Positions 18,417-28,469 are shown, numbered from the stretch's first letter. The stretch is DNA of 64,000 nucleotides from Candidatus Poribacteria bacterium (GCA_965205015.1 OZ242029.1:736001-800000), one strand, 5' to 3'. Numbers and translations are program-made. Notes: generated by a model not told the origin, from the sequence alone.

Positions 18417-19094
18417 TTATTGGGCTGGGACTTTGTCGGCATCTGTCGTAAAGAAGCGACCTGCCTCCCTAAGCCGGGGTTTACCTTTGTGAAAGCCAAA
18501 GATGCCGAGGTTGTTTTCCGTGCTGCTATCCAGCTCGTGGATCTTCCACCCATCCTTTGCCTCTTTCATCAGATAGAGGTGCGTTTCGCCAGGAAACGAG
18601 CCTTTGTAACAATTGTAACCTATGGCACTCGCTTCAATTTTGCTGCCTTTATAGCGAATCCAAAAATCCTTCAACTGATCGTTCTGTCCCCATTTGGCAC
18701 CCTTTGTGCCGATACCGATCCACAAACCTTCAATAGCGACTTTAACGTTCGTCCAACCGAAGGCGATTGGCACAGGTTCATTTCCGGCAAAGATTGTTCC
18801 GAAGGCAACCTTGCCATCATTCGTCCGGAAGGTCTCCCCAATGGCTTTGAGATCGTTGTCGTTAAAGGCTTTGTAGAAGGCACTATAAACCTCCTGGATT
18901 GCGGCTTTTTCTGCTGCGAAGTCGATTGGGGGTCTCGCAGCAACTGCTGGCTCATCACCAGAACTGCTTGAGGAGCTTTCTGTCGGCTTTTCAGCGGATT
19001 CTTCTTCGGTGTCGCCACCGCAGCCTACAATGCCGACGCTCATGATGCTCACTGCGAAGAGGACAAGCACGAGCCACGTTAATCTCAATTGCAT
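18417..19094 (-). CDS. lipoprotein with NTF2/SnoaL-like domain
   Basis: Start at 19094 with GGAGG RBS; lipobox IVG-C; Ser-rich linker; 'EKAAIQEVYSAFYKAFNDNDLKAI' is a typical NTF2-like first helix. Confidence 0.7.
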   Translation of the reverse strand: MQLRLTWLVLVLFAVSIMSVGIVGCGGDTEEESAEKPTESSSSSSGDEPAVAARPPIDFAAEKAAIQEVYSAFYKAFNDNDLKAIGETFRTNDGKVAFGTIFAGNEPVPIAFGWTNVKVAIEGLWIGIGTKGAKWGQNDQLKDFWIRYKGSKIEASAIGYNCYKGSFPGETHLYLMKEAKDGWKIHELDSSTENNLGIFGFHKGKPRLREAGRFFTTDADKVPAQ

Positions 19095-19285
19095 TTTTCC
19101 AAATTCCTCCTTTAGATTCATTACCATTACATTGCTTGCAAGCGAGGGTTGCAAGCCCGTCGCATCCAAAAACCGTGCTTTCCAGTTTCCCAAATGCGTA
19201 TAAGGCAAAAATCAGCCGCTTAATGGCTAAGACACATTTTCCATGGATGCTGTTTAAGACATTATAACCTTTTTACAAAAATATG

Positions 19286-20458
19286 TCAAGTTAATTTGTC
19301 ACCGCTGATGCGTGTCTGCCGTTCAGGGTCAAATTTTTCTATCTTCCTCAAATATGCAGCCGCTTCAAGGGTCTGTATTACATCGGTGACCTGAATTTCA
19401 GACATGCACCCCGCTTCTCCGAAGCGACAGGTCGTTCCCAAACAGGTGCAGTCTGACTTCCGTCGTATCGTTTGACACTTTTCACCCGCTGGACCGAAAC
19501 GGGTCGGATCCCCGGGTCCATACAGTCCGAGTGTTTGAGTGCCAACGGCTGCAGCGAGATGCATCGGACCGCTATCGTTACCGATAAACACAGTGCATGT
19601 ATGCAAAATTGATGCCAATTGTGTGAGTGTCGTTTTGCCAGCGATATTGATGGAGTCACCTCGCATGAGCGCTTGAATCTCGGTGACGATCGGTATTTCA
19701 TCTTTCACGCCGACAAACAGGATTTGTGCACGTTTTTGGGCAATCAGCCAATCCGCTAATTCCGCATACCGCTCAGGGACCCACCGTTTTAGTGGAATCG
19801 GAGACCCAGGATGGATAGCAATCAACGGGCATCGCCGCTCAATCCGATATGTGGCAAGAAGATCGGATGCCCATTTTTTATCTTCCGCTGTTACGGAGAA
19901 GATAGCGGTTTGGACGGGTGTCGGGATGCCTGTTTGCCTTAAGACATCAAGGTTACGGATTGTTTCGTGGGTTCCACTGAATTGTGCGAGACCCAACCGG
20001 TTCGCAATTTGCAGGGCTGCGCGACTGAGTCGCTTCGGTGTAAGCCGTAAGCACGCAAACCAGACAGTCCGCCAATCGCCGCGGAGATCCACCATCAGAT
20101 CGTATTTTTGGTGGCGTAACTGGCGGTAGAGCTTAAACGTTTCTCTGAGCGGGGTCGGCTGTCCTGTGCGGCAAAAAACGGGTGAATTGTATTCTATAAC
20201 CTTATTGACATCGGGATGCTTCTCTAAAACGACGCGACTCCATGTCCCGGTAAGGGCGTGCAGCTCAGCGTTCGGATATGCCCGACGGAGATTGGAAAAC
20301 ACCGGTGTCGCCAACAGGACATCTCCGAGATGATCGAGTTTGATAACGAGGATCCGTTCGGGCGCGAAGTCCTTCGGAAACCAACGTTTCCGATAAAAGA
20401 GCCACTGCACAGCAGTAGAAGCGATTAAAGTGAGAATCTCAGTCGCGTTTTGAAACAT
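19286..20458 (-). CDS. glycosyltransferase family 9 (LPS heptosyltransferase, WaaF/WaaQ-like)
   Basis: ILVIKLDHLGDVLLATP, IHPGS...KRW, IGNDSGPMHLAAA and LYGP motifs. Confidence 0.92.
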   Translation of the reverse strand: MFQNATEILTLIASTAVQWLFYRKRWFPKDFAPERILVIKLDHLGDVLLATPVFSNLRRAYPNAELHALTGTWSRVVLEKHPDVNKVIEYNSPVFCRTGQPTPLRETFKLYRQLRHQKYDLMVDLRGDWRTVWFACLRLTPKRLSRAALQIANRLGLAQFSGTHETIRNLDVLRQTGIPTPVQTAIFSVTAEDKKWASDLLATYRIERRCPLIAIHPGSPIPLKRWVPERYAELADWLIAQKRAQILFVGVKDEIPIVTEIQALMRGDSINIAGKTTLTQLASILHTCTVFIGNDSGPMHLAAAVGTQTLGLYGPGDPTRFGPAGEKCQTIRRKSDCTCLGTTCRFGEAGCMSEIQVTDVIQTLEAAAYLRKIEKFDPERQTRISGDKLT

Positions 20459-20466
20459 CTTTATGC

Positions 20467-20557
20467 AGTCTACTGAATTCGCGGGGATTTGTCAAAGGGA
20501 ATTCCACCCAGCGAATCCTAAACCCATTTGCATTCGGCAGATAGATTCTGATATACT
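20467..20557. promoter_or_regulatory. divergent sigma70 promoters
   Basis: Minus: TTGACA(20490-95)-17-TAGACT(20467-72), only 8 nt before the GT9 ATG (near-leaderless). Plus: TTGCAT(20528)-18-TATACT(20552) with TG extension. Confidence 0.6.
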
Positions 20558-20598
20558 ATTCTCACTTGCTTCTATCCCTCACAGACCGATTTAAGCGC

Positions 20599-23193
20599 AT
20601 GGAATTTATCAAACACTTCTCAGAAATTGATGATGCCGACTTGCCCCGTGTCGGCGGAAAAGGGTTGAATCTCGGAAAACTGACGAGCGCCGGGTTTCCA
20701 GTACCGAAAGGTTTTTGCGTCACCACAGATGCCTACCGATCGTCTGTTGAAGGTCTATCTGAACAGAATGAGAGAAGCGTTAAAGATATCAGGCTATCGC
20801 CAGAACTCGTCGCAGAAATCTATACGGCGCGAGAAAAACTGCAGACAACCACAGTTGCAGTGCGCTCCAGTGCCACGGCGGAGGATCTGGCAGAGGCGAG
20901 TTTTGCGGGACAACAGGATACGTTTTTAAATGTAACACCGGATGAACTTTTAGACGCTCTTAAAGCGTGCTGGGCATCGCTCTGGTCGAGACGGGCTATC
21001 ACCTACCGACAGACACAGGGCATTACCGATGACGGCTTAGCAATGGCAGTCGTCATTCAAGAAATGTGCGAGTCAGATGTCTCCGGCGTGCTTTTTACCG
21101 CTGCGCCTTTTAATGAAAATGCCGCTATCATTGAATCGAATTGGGGCTTGGGTGAGTCGGTTGTATCAGGTGCTATCACACCTGATAGTTTTCACGTGTC
21201 TCGGGATACAAGCGAGGTTTTGGAAAGAACCATCGCTACGAAGCGTGAAATGGTAACCGGTGCGGGTGTCAGTGTGGTTCCCGCTGCGCAGCAGGATGCC
21301 CCAAGTCTAACGGATGCACAACTGAAGGAACTCACACAACTCGGCATGCAGGTTGAAACCTATTACGGACAACCGATGGATATTGAATGGGCGCTCACAG
21401 ACGGACAGTTCGTGCTGTTGCAGTCCCGTTACATTACCACATCCGCCACATCCATCACACCTCGTAGGAGCGAGCTGGACTCGCGACCCTCTGAAGCCGA
21501 TGAAGCCGCCGTTGGGAAAGTCCGTCAGGAAGAGATTCAGATATTGGAGGCAGGTGCCGAAGAACAGGGTACCGTCTGGTGCCATCACAACCTTGCGGAG
21601 GTATTACCGGCACCACTCCCAATGACCTGGGAGGTTATGAAGGAATTTATGTCGGGTGCCGGCGGGTTAGGTAAAGCGTATCGAGGTTTGGGGTTTTATC
21701 CAAGTGAGCGGGTCAATAATGAAGGGATTCTTGACCTGATTTGTGGGCGGGTTTACGTCAATTTGAACCGTGAGGCGGAACTCCACTTCGACGGTTTTCC
21801 CTTCGCCCACGATTTTAACGCCTTGAAGCAAAATCCACAAGCAGCGATGTATGCCCAAGCACAAACTGATATTACGCGGAGTAACGCCTCATTTTGGTTG
21901 AAACTCCCGCTCCATATCATTCGTATGAGCAGAGCAGAGATGCGTCTACGCCAGTGTCGCTCCGACTTCGCTCGATTGCTAATAGAAGAGGTATTCCCAG
22001 CGTTTCAAGCGGAAGTGGCAGCAGAACGAGACGTTTCCTATTCGGACCTAACGGATGCAGAATTAGTGACGAAGTTCAAAGAATGGCGTGCCAAAACACT
22101 GGCAGACTTCGCACCGAAAGCCCTTACCGCCACACTCCTCGCAGGGTTTTCACTTCAACGATTGGAGGCGGCTCTTCAGAAGTGTTTGCATGAAACAGAA
22201 GTAAAAACCTTCGCGAACAGACTTATGGGTGGGATTTCCGGCAATCTCACCGTTGAAACTATTGCCCCGCAGGTTTCCCACCCGCGGCTTGCGTCGAAAT
22301 TGCGGGAAGTGGCAACAGGAGACATACCCCTTACCGATTTCCTAAAAGATTACGGGCATCGCGCCGTTGACGAGTTTGAATTAGCACAGCCGCGTTGGCG
22401 CGAAGATACGACTTATCTTGAACAGATGGTTGCCTCTTTTCAAGAAAAGAACGCTGGGACCTCTCCTCTCAAAGATGATAGTTTGAATCAACTGACGGAA
22501 CAACCGGCGTCTGTAGAAAAGGAACTCGCCACGCGTCTTGAAAATAAAACGGGTTTAAGAAAGCAGATTGAGCATGAACTGGCTTTTACGAGAACCTATA
22601 TGCCTTTCAGGGAGACAGCGAAATTTTACCTAATGCTCGGCTATGAACAGATTCGGCGGGCATTGCTTGAACTGGATCGCCGGTATCAACTTAATGGGGG
22701 CATCTTTTATCTCGTACCAGATGAATTACGACGACTCGTAAACGGTGAGGTTTTCAGTGACGTTATTACTGCACGCAAGACGAAGCGTGAATTGATGTTA
22801 CAAATTGAGGTTCCGGACGTTATCTTCAGTGACGCATTGGATCAGATCGGCACCTCAACACCGCTCGAAGCGGTTGACACACTCACCGGAGTAGGCGTCT
22901 CGGCGGGTGTTGCGACAGGACAGGCACGCGTGCTTCTGAACCCCTCAGATGTCCATCCATCCGACAGGAATTACATTCTGGTATGCCCGTCAACAGACCC
23001 AGCATGGACACCGCTTTTTCTGCATGCAGCGGGATTAGTGATGGAGCGTGGTGGGATCTTGTCCCACGGTGCCGTTGTTGCGAGAGAATATGGCGTGCCT
23101 GCGGTTGTGAACATTCCGAATGCAACGCGCCGTATCGCAGATGGACAGACGCTCCGGGTTGATGGGAATCAGGGAACGCTCTCAATTGTTTAG
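20599..23193 (+). CDS. PEP-synthase-like phosphotransferase (ATP-grasp / substrate domain / C-terminal phospho-His swivel; rifamycin phosphotransferase architecture)
   Basis: VGGKGLNL, VAVRSSATAEDLAEASFAGQQDT, DIEWA, LQSRYIT; C-terminal TDPAWTPLF...GGILSHGAVVAREYGVPAV. Confidence 0.88.
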   Translation: MEFIKHFSEIDDADLPRVGGKGLNLGKLTSAGFPVPKGFCVTTDAYRSSVEGLSEQNERSVKDIRLSPELVAEIYTAREKLQTTTVAVRSSATAEDLAEASFAGQQDTFLNVTPDELLDALKACWASLWSRRAITYRQTQGITDDGLAMAVVIQEMCESDVSGVLFTAAPFNENAAIIESNWGLGESVVSGAITPDSFHVSRDTSEVLERTIATKREMVTGAGVSVVPAAQQDAPSLTDAQLKELTQLGMQVETYYGQPMDIEWALTDGQFVLLQSRYITTSATSITPRRSELDSRPSEADEAAVGKVRQEEIQILEAGAEEQGTVWCHHNLAEVLPAPLPMTWEVMKEFMSGAGGLGKAYRGLGFYPSERVNNEGILDLICGRVYVNLNREAELHFDGFPFAHDFNALKQNPQAAMYAQAQTDITRSNASFWLKLPLHIIRMSRAEMRLRQCRSDFARLLIEEVFPAFQAEVAAERDVSYSDLTDAELVTKFKEWRAKTLADFAPKALTATLLAGFSLQRLEAALQKCLHETEVKTFANRLMGGISGNLTVETIAPQVSHPRLASKLREVATGDIPLTDFLKDYGHRAVDEFELAQPRWREDTTYLEQMVASFQEKNAGTSPLKDDSLNQLTEQPASVEKELATRLENKTGLRKQIEHELAFTRTYMPFRETAKFYLMLGYEQIRRALLELDRRYQLNGGIFYLVPDELRRLVNGEVFSDVITARKTKRELMLQIEVPDVIFSDALDQIGTSTPLEAVDTLTGVGVSAGVATGQARVLLNPSDVHPSDRNYILVCPSTDPAWTPLFLHAAGLVMERGGILSHGAVVAREYGVPAVVNIPNATRRIADGQTLRVDGNQGTLSIV

Positions 23194-23199
23194 ACAACC

Positions 23200-23226
23200 G
23201 TAGGGGCTGGGTTACCCAGCCCGTAC
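23200..23226 (+). repeat. GTAG-type REP element
   Basis: GTAG-GGGCTGGG-TTA-CCCAGCCC-GTAC. Confidence 0.78.
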
Positions 23227-23238
23227 AGGAAACGGAAT

Positions 23239-24321
23239 ATGCTGCGACTCGATACCTATTCAGACAAACTCCAGCAGAAGCGTAGAAAAACTCGGCGTGC
23301 TTTCTTTGTTTCATTGGTTATACATGCCATAGCGACAGGAATTATAGGTCTCGGTTATATCCAGTGGTATCGACCGATGCAACCTTCGGAACCCCTGACT
23401 TCGGAAGCCATCTCAGTGACATCGCTCCAACGTTTCCATGTGAGCAGTACTCGTAAACGTTCTATGCCAACTCGGAGATCAACGTCCGTGCGTACGAAAA
23501 CCTCGTCCGCTGTTAACCAAAACATTGCGAAACTGATGCATTCAGCCCCCCCGACTGCGTCCAGGGCATCAGTCCCTATGTTAAGGACAGACGCTCGGTT
23601 ACCGGTGGCTGAGACCTCTCTGCGGGAACAAACCACAAAAACGCCTGCATGGAAAACAATTGCGACCGCACAAGCACAGGCACCTACAATCGCGCCCAAG
23701 CCGAAAACCGTACACGGAGAGGGTTCAACAAACAAATCAACAGATAATAACAGCCCTGCACCACCCATCAACAGAGATGCGCGGATGGGAGAGGCATTAG
23801 AAGGTATCGCGGAGAGTGTCGCCGATAGCAGAACCGAAACCGCTGTTGATCTCGTTTTTCTGCTTGACATTAGTGGTAGCATGATAGATAATATCCGTGC
23901 AGTCGGCAGACAGCTTAACCGGATGGTAGCCGTGTTTGAAGAAAAAGGGGTTGACTTCACGCTCGGCATCGTTATTTTCAGGTATCTCGAAGGGGATACG
24001 ATTATCCATCCACAAACGCGAGACAGTGAGAAATACAAACGGCTCTTGACTTCACATGTTGTCGCTGCTGCAGGTGATGAGCGGGCACACAATGCCATCA
24101 TAAAAACGATCCGCCGTGTCAATTTTCGAGAAGGCGTGAACCGTCGGTTTGTTCTTGTCACCGACGAACCCAGCAAAGGATCCTATAAATTACCAGAAGT
24201 ATTAGCACAGTGTTTTCAGCACAACATCATCGTGGATGTCATCGGCATTAATCATACCACGCATAGAGCACTAACGACAAAAACCGGGGGACTCTGGTTC
24301 CCCATTCCAATACAGGAATAA
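23239..24321 (+). CDS. membrane-anchored von Willebrand factor A domain protein
   Basis: TM 'FFVSLVIHAIATGIIG', S/T/P-rich linker, MIDAS DLVFLLDISGSM, FVLVTDEP. Confidence 0.85.
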   Translation: MLRLDTYSDKLQQKRRKTRRAFFVSLVIHAIATGIIGLGYIQWYRPMQPSEPLTSEAISVTSLQRFHVSSTRKRSMPTRRSTSVRTKTSSAVNQNIAKLMHSAPPTASRASVPMLRTDARLPVAETSLREQTTKTPAWKTIATAQAQAPTIAPKPKTVHGEGSTNKSTDNNSPAPPINRDARMGEALEGIAESVADSRTETAVDLVFLLDISGSMIDNIRAVGRQLNRMVAVFEEKGVDFTLGIVIFRYLEGDTIIHPQTRDSEKYKRLLTSHVVAAAGDERAHNAIIKTIRRVNFREGVNRRFVLVTDEPSKGSYKLPEVLAQCFQHNIIVDVIGINHTTHRALTTKTGGLWFPIPIQE

Positions 24322-24483
24322 ACGAACCGCAGGGAACATTAGAAAAGCGTTAAGAGATATGTTCTAAAGTGAACGTAGCCCGTAACGAAGTGGGGGGTTT
24401 TTGCTTGGGTGTTTTTTCAGATCTACGCAAAGGCACTTTAAAGATCCAACCCGCCTCAACGAACCGCAAGGAAAATTAAAAAA
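24320..24483. repeat. intergenic element bounded by imperfect direct repeats AACGAACCGCAxGGAAxATTAxAAAA
   Basis: Copies at ~24321 and ~24458, enclosing a segment that starts GTAGCCCGTAACGAAG. Confidence 0.5.
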
Positions 24484-25248
24484 ATGAGATGGTCATTGAA
24501 TACCTATCAAACCTGCCAAGAGTGGGAACTCGGACGCATCCTTGACACCGCTGCTGCCACCGGTTACCACGGTGTCGAATTGTTGATGGACTACAAGCAG
24601 AAACACGGATTCGAGTGGGACACGCCAAGAGAGGCTTGGGACGGACTCAAGGCACAAGTCGATGCAAGCGATGTCGTTATCTCTTCACTCACAAGTTGCC
24701 AAAATTTTCATTCCGAAAACGCCGCTGACCGTGAAGAAACCGTTCGACGCGTTACACGCGTGATTGACATGGCGGAATTTATGGGCTGTGACCATGTCCG
24801 AGTGCTCGGCGACCGGTATACCGAGGAGAACCGCGATGCCGTTGTCGGTTACGTCACGGATGGACTAAAAGCACTCGGTGCTTATGCCGCTGAAAAAGAT
24901 ATTACCGTCTCTATTGAGATGCACGGCTCATTCACAGACCCAGACTCGGCAATGGAAGTCATTGAAGGAGTGAATCTTCCGAACGTGGGTTTCGTCTTCA
25001 ATTCGCAATTTATCGGTTGTGATGCCGGGAGTATTGACCCCCTCTTTTCGCGTGTAGGTCCACACATTACTGCGGTACATACCCACCGAGTGGAAGAGCC
25101 AGAGACGTTTGATCTCTACCGACAGATGTTCCAATGGTTCGATCGCACCGGTTTCTCAGGTTACATCTCCAATGAATGTGCTTATACGGGACCTGACCCG
25201 GAAAAGGTCCTTGCACTCTACGTTGGAATTTTCAAGGCATTTACCTAA
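24484..25248 (+). CDS. sugar phosphate isomerase/epimerase (TIM barrel)
   Basis: GYHGVEL, SIEMHG, VHTH and GYISNEC motifs. Confidence 0.8.
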   Translation: MRWSLNTYQTCQEWELGRILDTAAATGYHGVELLMDYKQKHGFEWDTPREAWDGLKAQVDASDVVISSLTSCQNFHSENAADREETVRRVTRVIDMAEFMGCDHVRVLGDRYTEENRDAVVGYVTDGLKALGAYAAEKDITVSIEMHGSFTDPDSAMEVIEGVNLPNVGFVFNSQFIGCDAGSIDPLFSRVGPHITAVHTHRVEEPETFDLYRQMFQWFDRTGFSGYISNECAYTGPDPEKVLALYVGIFKAFT

Positions 25249-25249
25249 A

Positions 25250-26632
25250 ATGGACACTCCACTTTGTAGGGGCGAGGTCACCTCGTCCGCACACCTCTAT
25301 AAACGGGTCGCAATCCCAGACGCATTCCTGAATGAAACATCGGGAAACGCGTGGGGTGGCGATATCCGAATCGGCGATCTGACGGGCGACGGGACAGTCG
25401 ACTTACTTGTGTACAAATCGCTCGGTGGCATTCATCCGTGTTTCCTCGGCGCGTTCACACTGGAGGGCGAACCGCTCTGGTCTTTCGGGGATAAGCATCT
25501 CGAAATCAGAGACTCGGACGCGAAGGATACTCCGCTAACGACCCTCTCACCCGACCGCCCGGGTCCTGTTGCTATTCACGACATAGATGCCGATGGACAA
25601 GCAGAGGTTATCTGTTTCTGCGTAGACGCGGATGCTTCAGAAGTGAGTAAATGGGATCTGTCGGCGATTCGCCTTATGATTTTAGACGGTACCACAGGTG
25701 CTGTCAAACATACCGCCGCACCGGATGCGTTGCGTCAGTGTAACGCGTTCGCTGAAGGGGACATTCACATCTCCAACTACGTCCATCAACGATTGATGAT
25801 CGCCAACCTCTGTGGCACTGCACAACCACAAGATTTTGTTGTGAAGATCGGTGTGAACCTACTCGCTTTCAACCACAAATTGGAACTGCTCTGGCAGTAT
25901 ACTGACGAGTGGTTTCGGTATCCGAAGCACTCCGCATATATCCCGGCAGTCGGTGACTTTAATGGAGACGGGCTCGACGAGATTAACGGTGGTAATTTCG
26001 GACTCGCTGCGGATGGCACGGTCCTCTGGAATCACTTTTTTGGCGACAATATGGACTCGGTTTTAGTTTCCGAATGGAACGGTAGGAACCGAGCCATCCT
26101 CTCCGGGGGTGGACAGGTGGTCGACGCCGAGGGCACTCCGATTCTCTCACTCGGTTTTGATGCTGTGCCCCACGGACAAGAGATCCGATGTGGTAAATTA
26201 CTACCAGACACGTCTGAAAACGCCTTGGTTATCCGATATAACGGACATCACACCGACCTGATGGTAGTCGACAACAATGGGCAGATTCAAAACAGGTTTA
26301 ACGTCGATGAAACGCCGAACAATACAGGCTTGGAAGTTATTCGCTGGCAGGGGTCCGAAACCTGTGAATTGATTTATAGCCCAGCTGCGCTTTACGATAG
26401 TGCAGGCGATAAGGTGGTAACGTTCCCTGAACTGCCGCCACCCAGTGGTGGAAAAATGGGATGGTACCACTGTTTCCCTGCCGATGTCTGTGGTGATGCA
26501 CGCGAAGAGGTTATCCTCTACGATCCGTATAGCGATGCCGTCTATATCTACACACCAACGCCTTTTCAACCCGATCTGTTCGGTGGATACCAGCATACCG
26601 AGCGACAATATAACACCCGTTTAATGGACTAA
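25250..26632 (+). CDS. FG-GAP/rhamnogalacturonan-lyase-like beta-propeller protein
   Basis: Repeated Ca-binding motifs GDLTGDGTVD, HDIDADGQAE, GDFNGDGLDE and ADVCGDAREE; ATG immediately after the upstream stop. Confidence 0.7.
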   Translation: MDTPLCRGEVTSSAHLYKRVAIPDAFLNETSGNAWGGDIRIGDLTGDGTVDLLVYKSLGGIHPCFLGAFTLEGEPLWSFGDKHLEIRDSDAKDTPLTTLSPDRPGPVAIHDIDADGQAEVICFCVDADASEVSKWDLSAIRLMILDGTTGAVKHTAAPDALRQCNAFAEGDIHISNYVHQRLMIANLCGTAQPQDFVVKIGVNLLAFNHKLELLWQYTDEWFRYPKHSAYIPAVGDFNGDGLDEINGGNFGLAADGTVLWNHFFGDNMDSVLVSEWNGRNRAILSGGGQVVDAEGTPILSLGFDAVPHGQEIRCGKLLPDTSENALVIRYNGHHTDLMVVDNNGQIQNRFNVDETPNNTGLEVIRWQGSETCELIYSPAALYDSAGDKVVTFPELPPPSGGKMGWYHCFPADVCGDAREEVILYDPYSDAVYIYTPTPFQPDLFGGYQHTERQYNTRLMD

Positions 26633-26637
26633 AGGAC

Positions 26638-27903
26638 ATGAAAACTGACGCTGTCAATAAATTTCTACTCATCTCAATCGACTGCTGGCGGTTCGATGCG
26701 CTCAGTCGGACGAATCCCCTTTTCAATACGCCGAAGTTCGATCTGCTGACGCAGGATTTCTCGCTCGCCGAAAAATTTTTTGTGCCAGCACCGGCGACGC
26801 GTCCGTCGCATACCTCCTATTTTACGGGGCTTTATCCGTTTGAACACGGGGTCTACGGACAAACCTACCTTAAAATGTTTGAGGGCATCCCGAATCTGTT
26901 CCAAATATTTGATGACGCAGGCTATCATATCACGGGACGCTCCGAACGTCCGGAGGTGTTCCGTTTTCTTGATTTTGAGCCGTTCATTACGTCGGTCGAT
27001 CCGAATGCGAAAGCACAACATCTCGGTTCGCTTGAAGACCTTGTCGAGCAGATCCAGCAGCCTTCGGACGTACCACAGTTCTGTTTCCTGCACTTCTGGT
27101 ATACACACGGCGGTTACGGTATGAGCGGGATTCCAGGTGCACCGAGCCTCAAGTCACTTGTGGATCGCGGCAGAACAGATGAGGCATTGCGGTTTTACTA
27201 CGCCGCTGCGACGCATATCCTCGAATTCAAGTTAGTCGAAATTCTGAAGCAACTTCAACTCTCGGATTGGGCGGTTTTCATCTTCGGGGATCACGGCGAA
27301 GGCATCTGTGAAGAGATTACCGATCACGGTGGCACACTCAATCAGAATGTGCTACACGTGCCGCTGTTGGCGCATATCCCGGGTGTGTCAAACATCGAAT
27401 TCCCGAACCCACCGATTTCAGCCATCGATCTGTTCCCAACGATCACAAACCTTGCGGGCATCGATGTGGATTATCACGGATACGGACACGACCTACTATC
27501 GCCATCGGAAATTGATGCAAACCGATTGGTATTATCGGAGTTGGATAGTCTCTTCGGGATCGGGTTCCTCAGTCGGGACAACTTAGAAATGCCGCACCAT
27601 CGCGTGACATCTCGGACGTCGGTCGATAATGAGGAAATTAGTAGGTACTCGGAAGGCGTGCGACTCTGGTCGTTGACGGATGGTGAACACCTCTATCGGG
27701 AAGATGAGCAGACGGGTGAGTTCGTGTATCGGCACGTGCTGAGCGGTGAAGATCTCGCCTGTGAGGATCCAGACCGTTTCCGGGACGCTTACGACGAAAT
27801 TCTGATGAATTCCAACTATCAGCACCTATTGGCACAAGAATCCACGACTGAAGAGACGGAGATTCTGGAAGGCAGGTTGCGCGATTTGGGATACGTCGAG
27901 TAA
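26638..27903 (+). CDS. sulfatase-like / alkaline phosphatase superfamily hydrolase
   Basis: LLISIDCWRFD, PATRPSHTSYFTG (Thr at the nucleophile site), FGDHGE, HVPLL and C-terminal RLRDLGY. Confidence 0.85.
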   Translation: MKTDAVNKFLLISIDCWRFDALSRTNPLFNTPKFDLLTQDFSLAEKFFVPAPATRPSHTSYFTGLYPFEHGVYGQTYLKMFEGIPNLFQIFDDAGYHITGRSERPEVFRFLDFEPFITSVDPNAKAQHLGSLEDLVEQIQQPSDVPQFCFLHFWYTHGGYGMSGIPGAPSLKSLVDRGRTDEALRFYYAAATHILEFKLVEILKQLQLSDWAVFIFGDHGEGICEEITDHGGTLNQNVLHVPLLAHIPGVSNIEFPNPPISAIDLFPTITNLAGIDVDYHGYGHDLLSPSEIDANRLVLSELDSLFGIGFLSRDNLEMPHHRVTSRTSVDNEEISRYSEGVRLWSLTDGEHLYREDEQTGEFVYRHVLSGEDLACEDPDRFRDAYDEILMNSNYQHLLAQESTTEETEILEGRLRDLGYVE

Positions 27904-27939
27904 AGGTGCCGCATGACAGTGGAAGGCTAACTGCTATGA

Positions 27940-27982
27940 AGCACAAGACTTGCCCTTTAGGGCGTGGGTGCCTTGACCACTC
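27940..27982 (+). mobile_element. possible IS200/IS605-family end remnant
   Basis: aagacttgccctttagggcgtgggtgccttgac resembles the GCCC-TTTA-GGGC subterminal hairpin of IS605 ends; no transposase nearby. Confidence 0.4.
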
Positions 27983-27986
27983 GTCT

Positions 27987-28469
27987 CTACAGTTCGTGGA
28001 TTGTTGCCTCAAGCGTTTCGAGATCGACGACGGCAACCGTTGCCTTCCCCGTCGTCCAGCCGCCGGTCTCACCCGGATTGAGTAGGAGCGATTCTCCCTT
28101 TTGAATGTCTATCTCGTGGGTGTGTCCGTAGACGACGACATCGTAATCGCCACTTTTGGCAATCGGGATAGCGAGTTCAGGGTAGTGCATCACGGCGATG
28201 TTCCTGCCGCCAAGCGATACACTCGCCAGGTTAGGATGCACCTCACCAATGGCTTCAAATCGTTGTGCGAGGACAACGCGTTCACCGTCGTTGTTTCCAA
28301 AAACGCCGACAACGCGACAGTTTAAATCCGCTAACGGCGCAATAGCAAACGGTGCGATGAAATCGCCTGCATGGACGACGAGGTCTACGCCGATTTCATT
28401 GAAAAGCGCGACAGCGCGTTCGACATTCGGGATATTGTCGTGGCTGTCGGACATGACACCAAGTTTCAT
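27987..28469 (-). CDS. YfcE/MJ0936-family metallophosphoesterase
   Basis: SDSH, HAGD, GNND, GHTH and NPGE motifs. Confidence 0.92.
   Translation of the reverse strand: MKLGVMSDSHDNIPNVERAVALFNEIGVDLVVHAGDFIAPFAIAPLADLNCRVVGVFGNNDGERVVLAQRFEAIGEVHPNLASVSLGGRNIAVMHYPELAIPIAKSGDYDVVVYGHTHEIDIQKGESLLLNPGETGGWTTGKATVAVVDLETLEATIHEL

Noticed and set aside
19130-19240. Structured leader upstream of the lipoprotein as a riboswitch
   Set aside because: Small hairpins are present, but I could not match them to any riboswitch consensus; an Rfam/Infernal scan would be needed.
23355-24176. 273-aa minus-strand ORF
   Set aside because: Antisense shadow of the vWA gene with no motifs.
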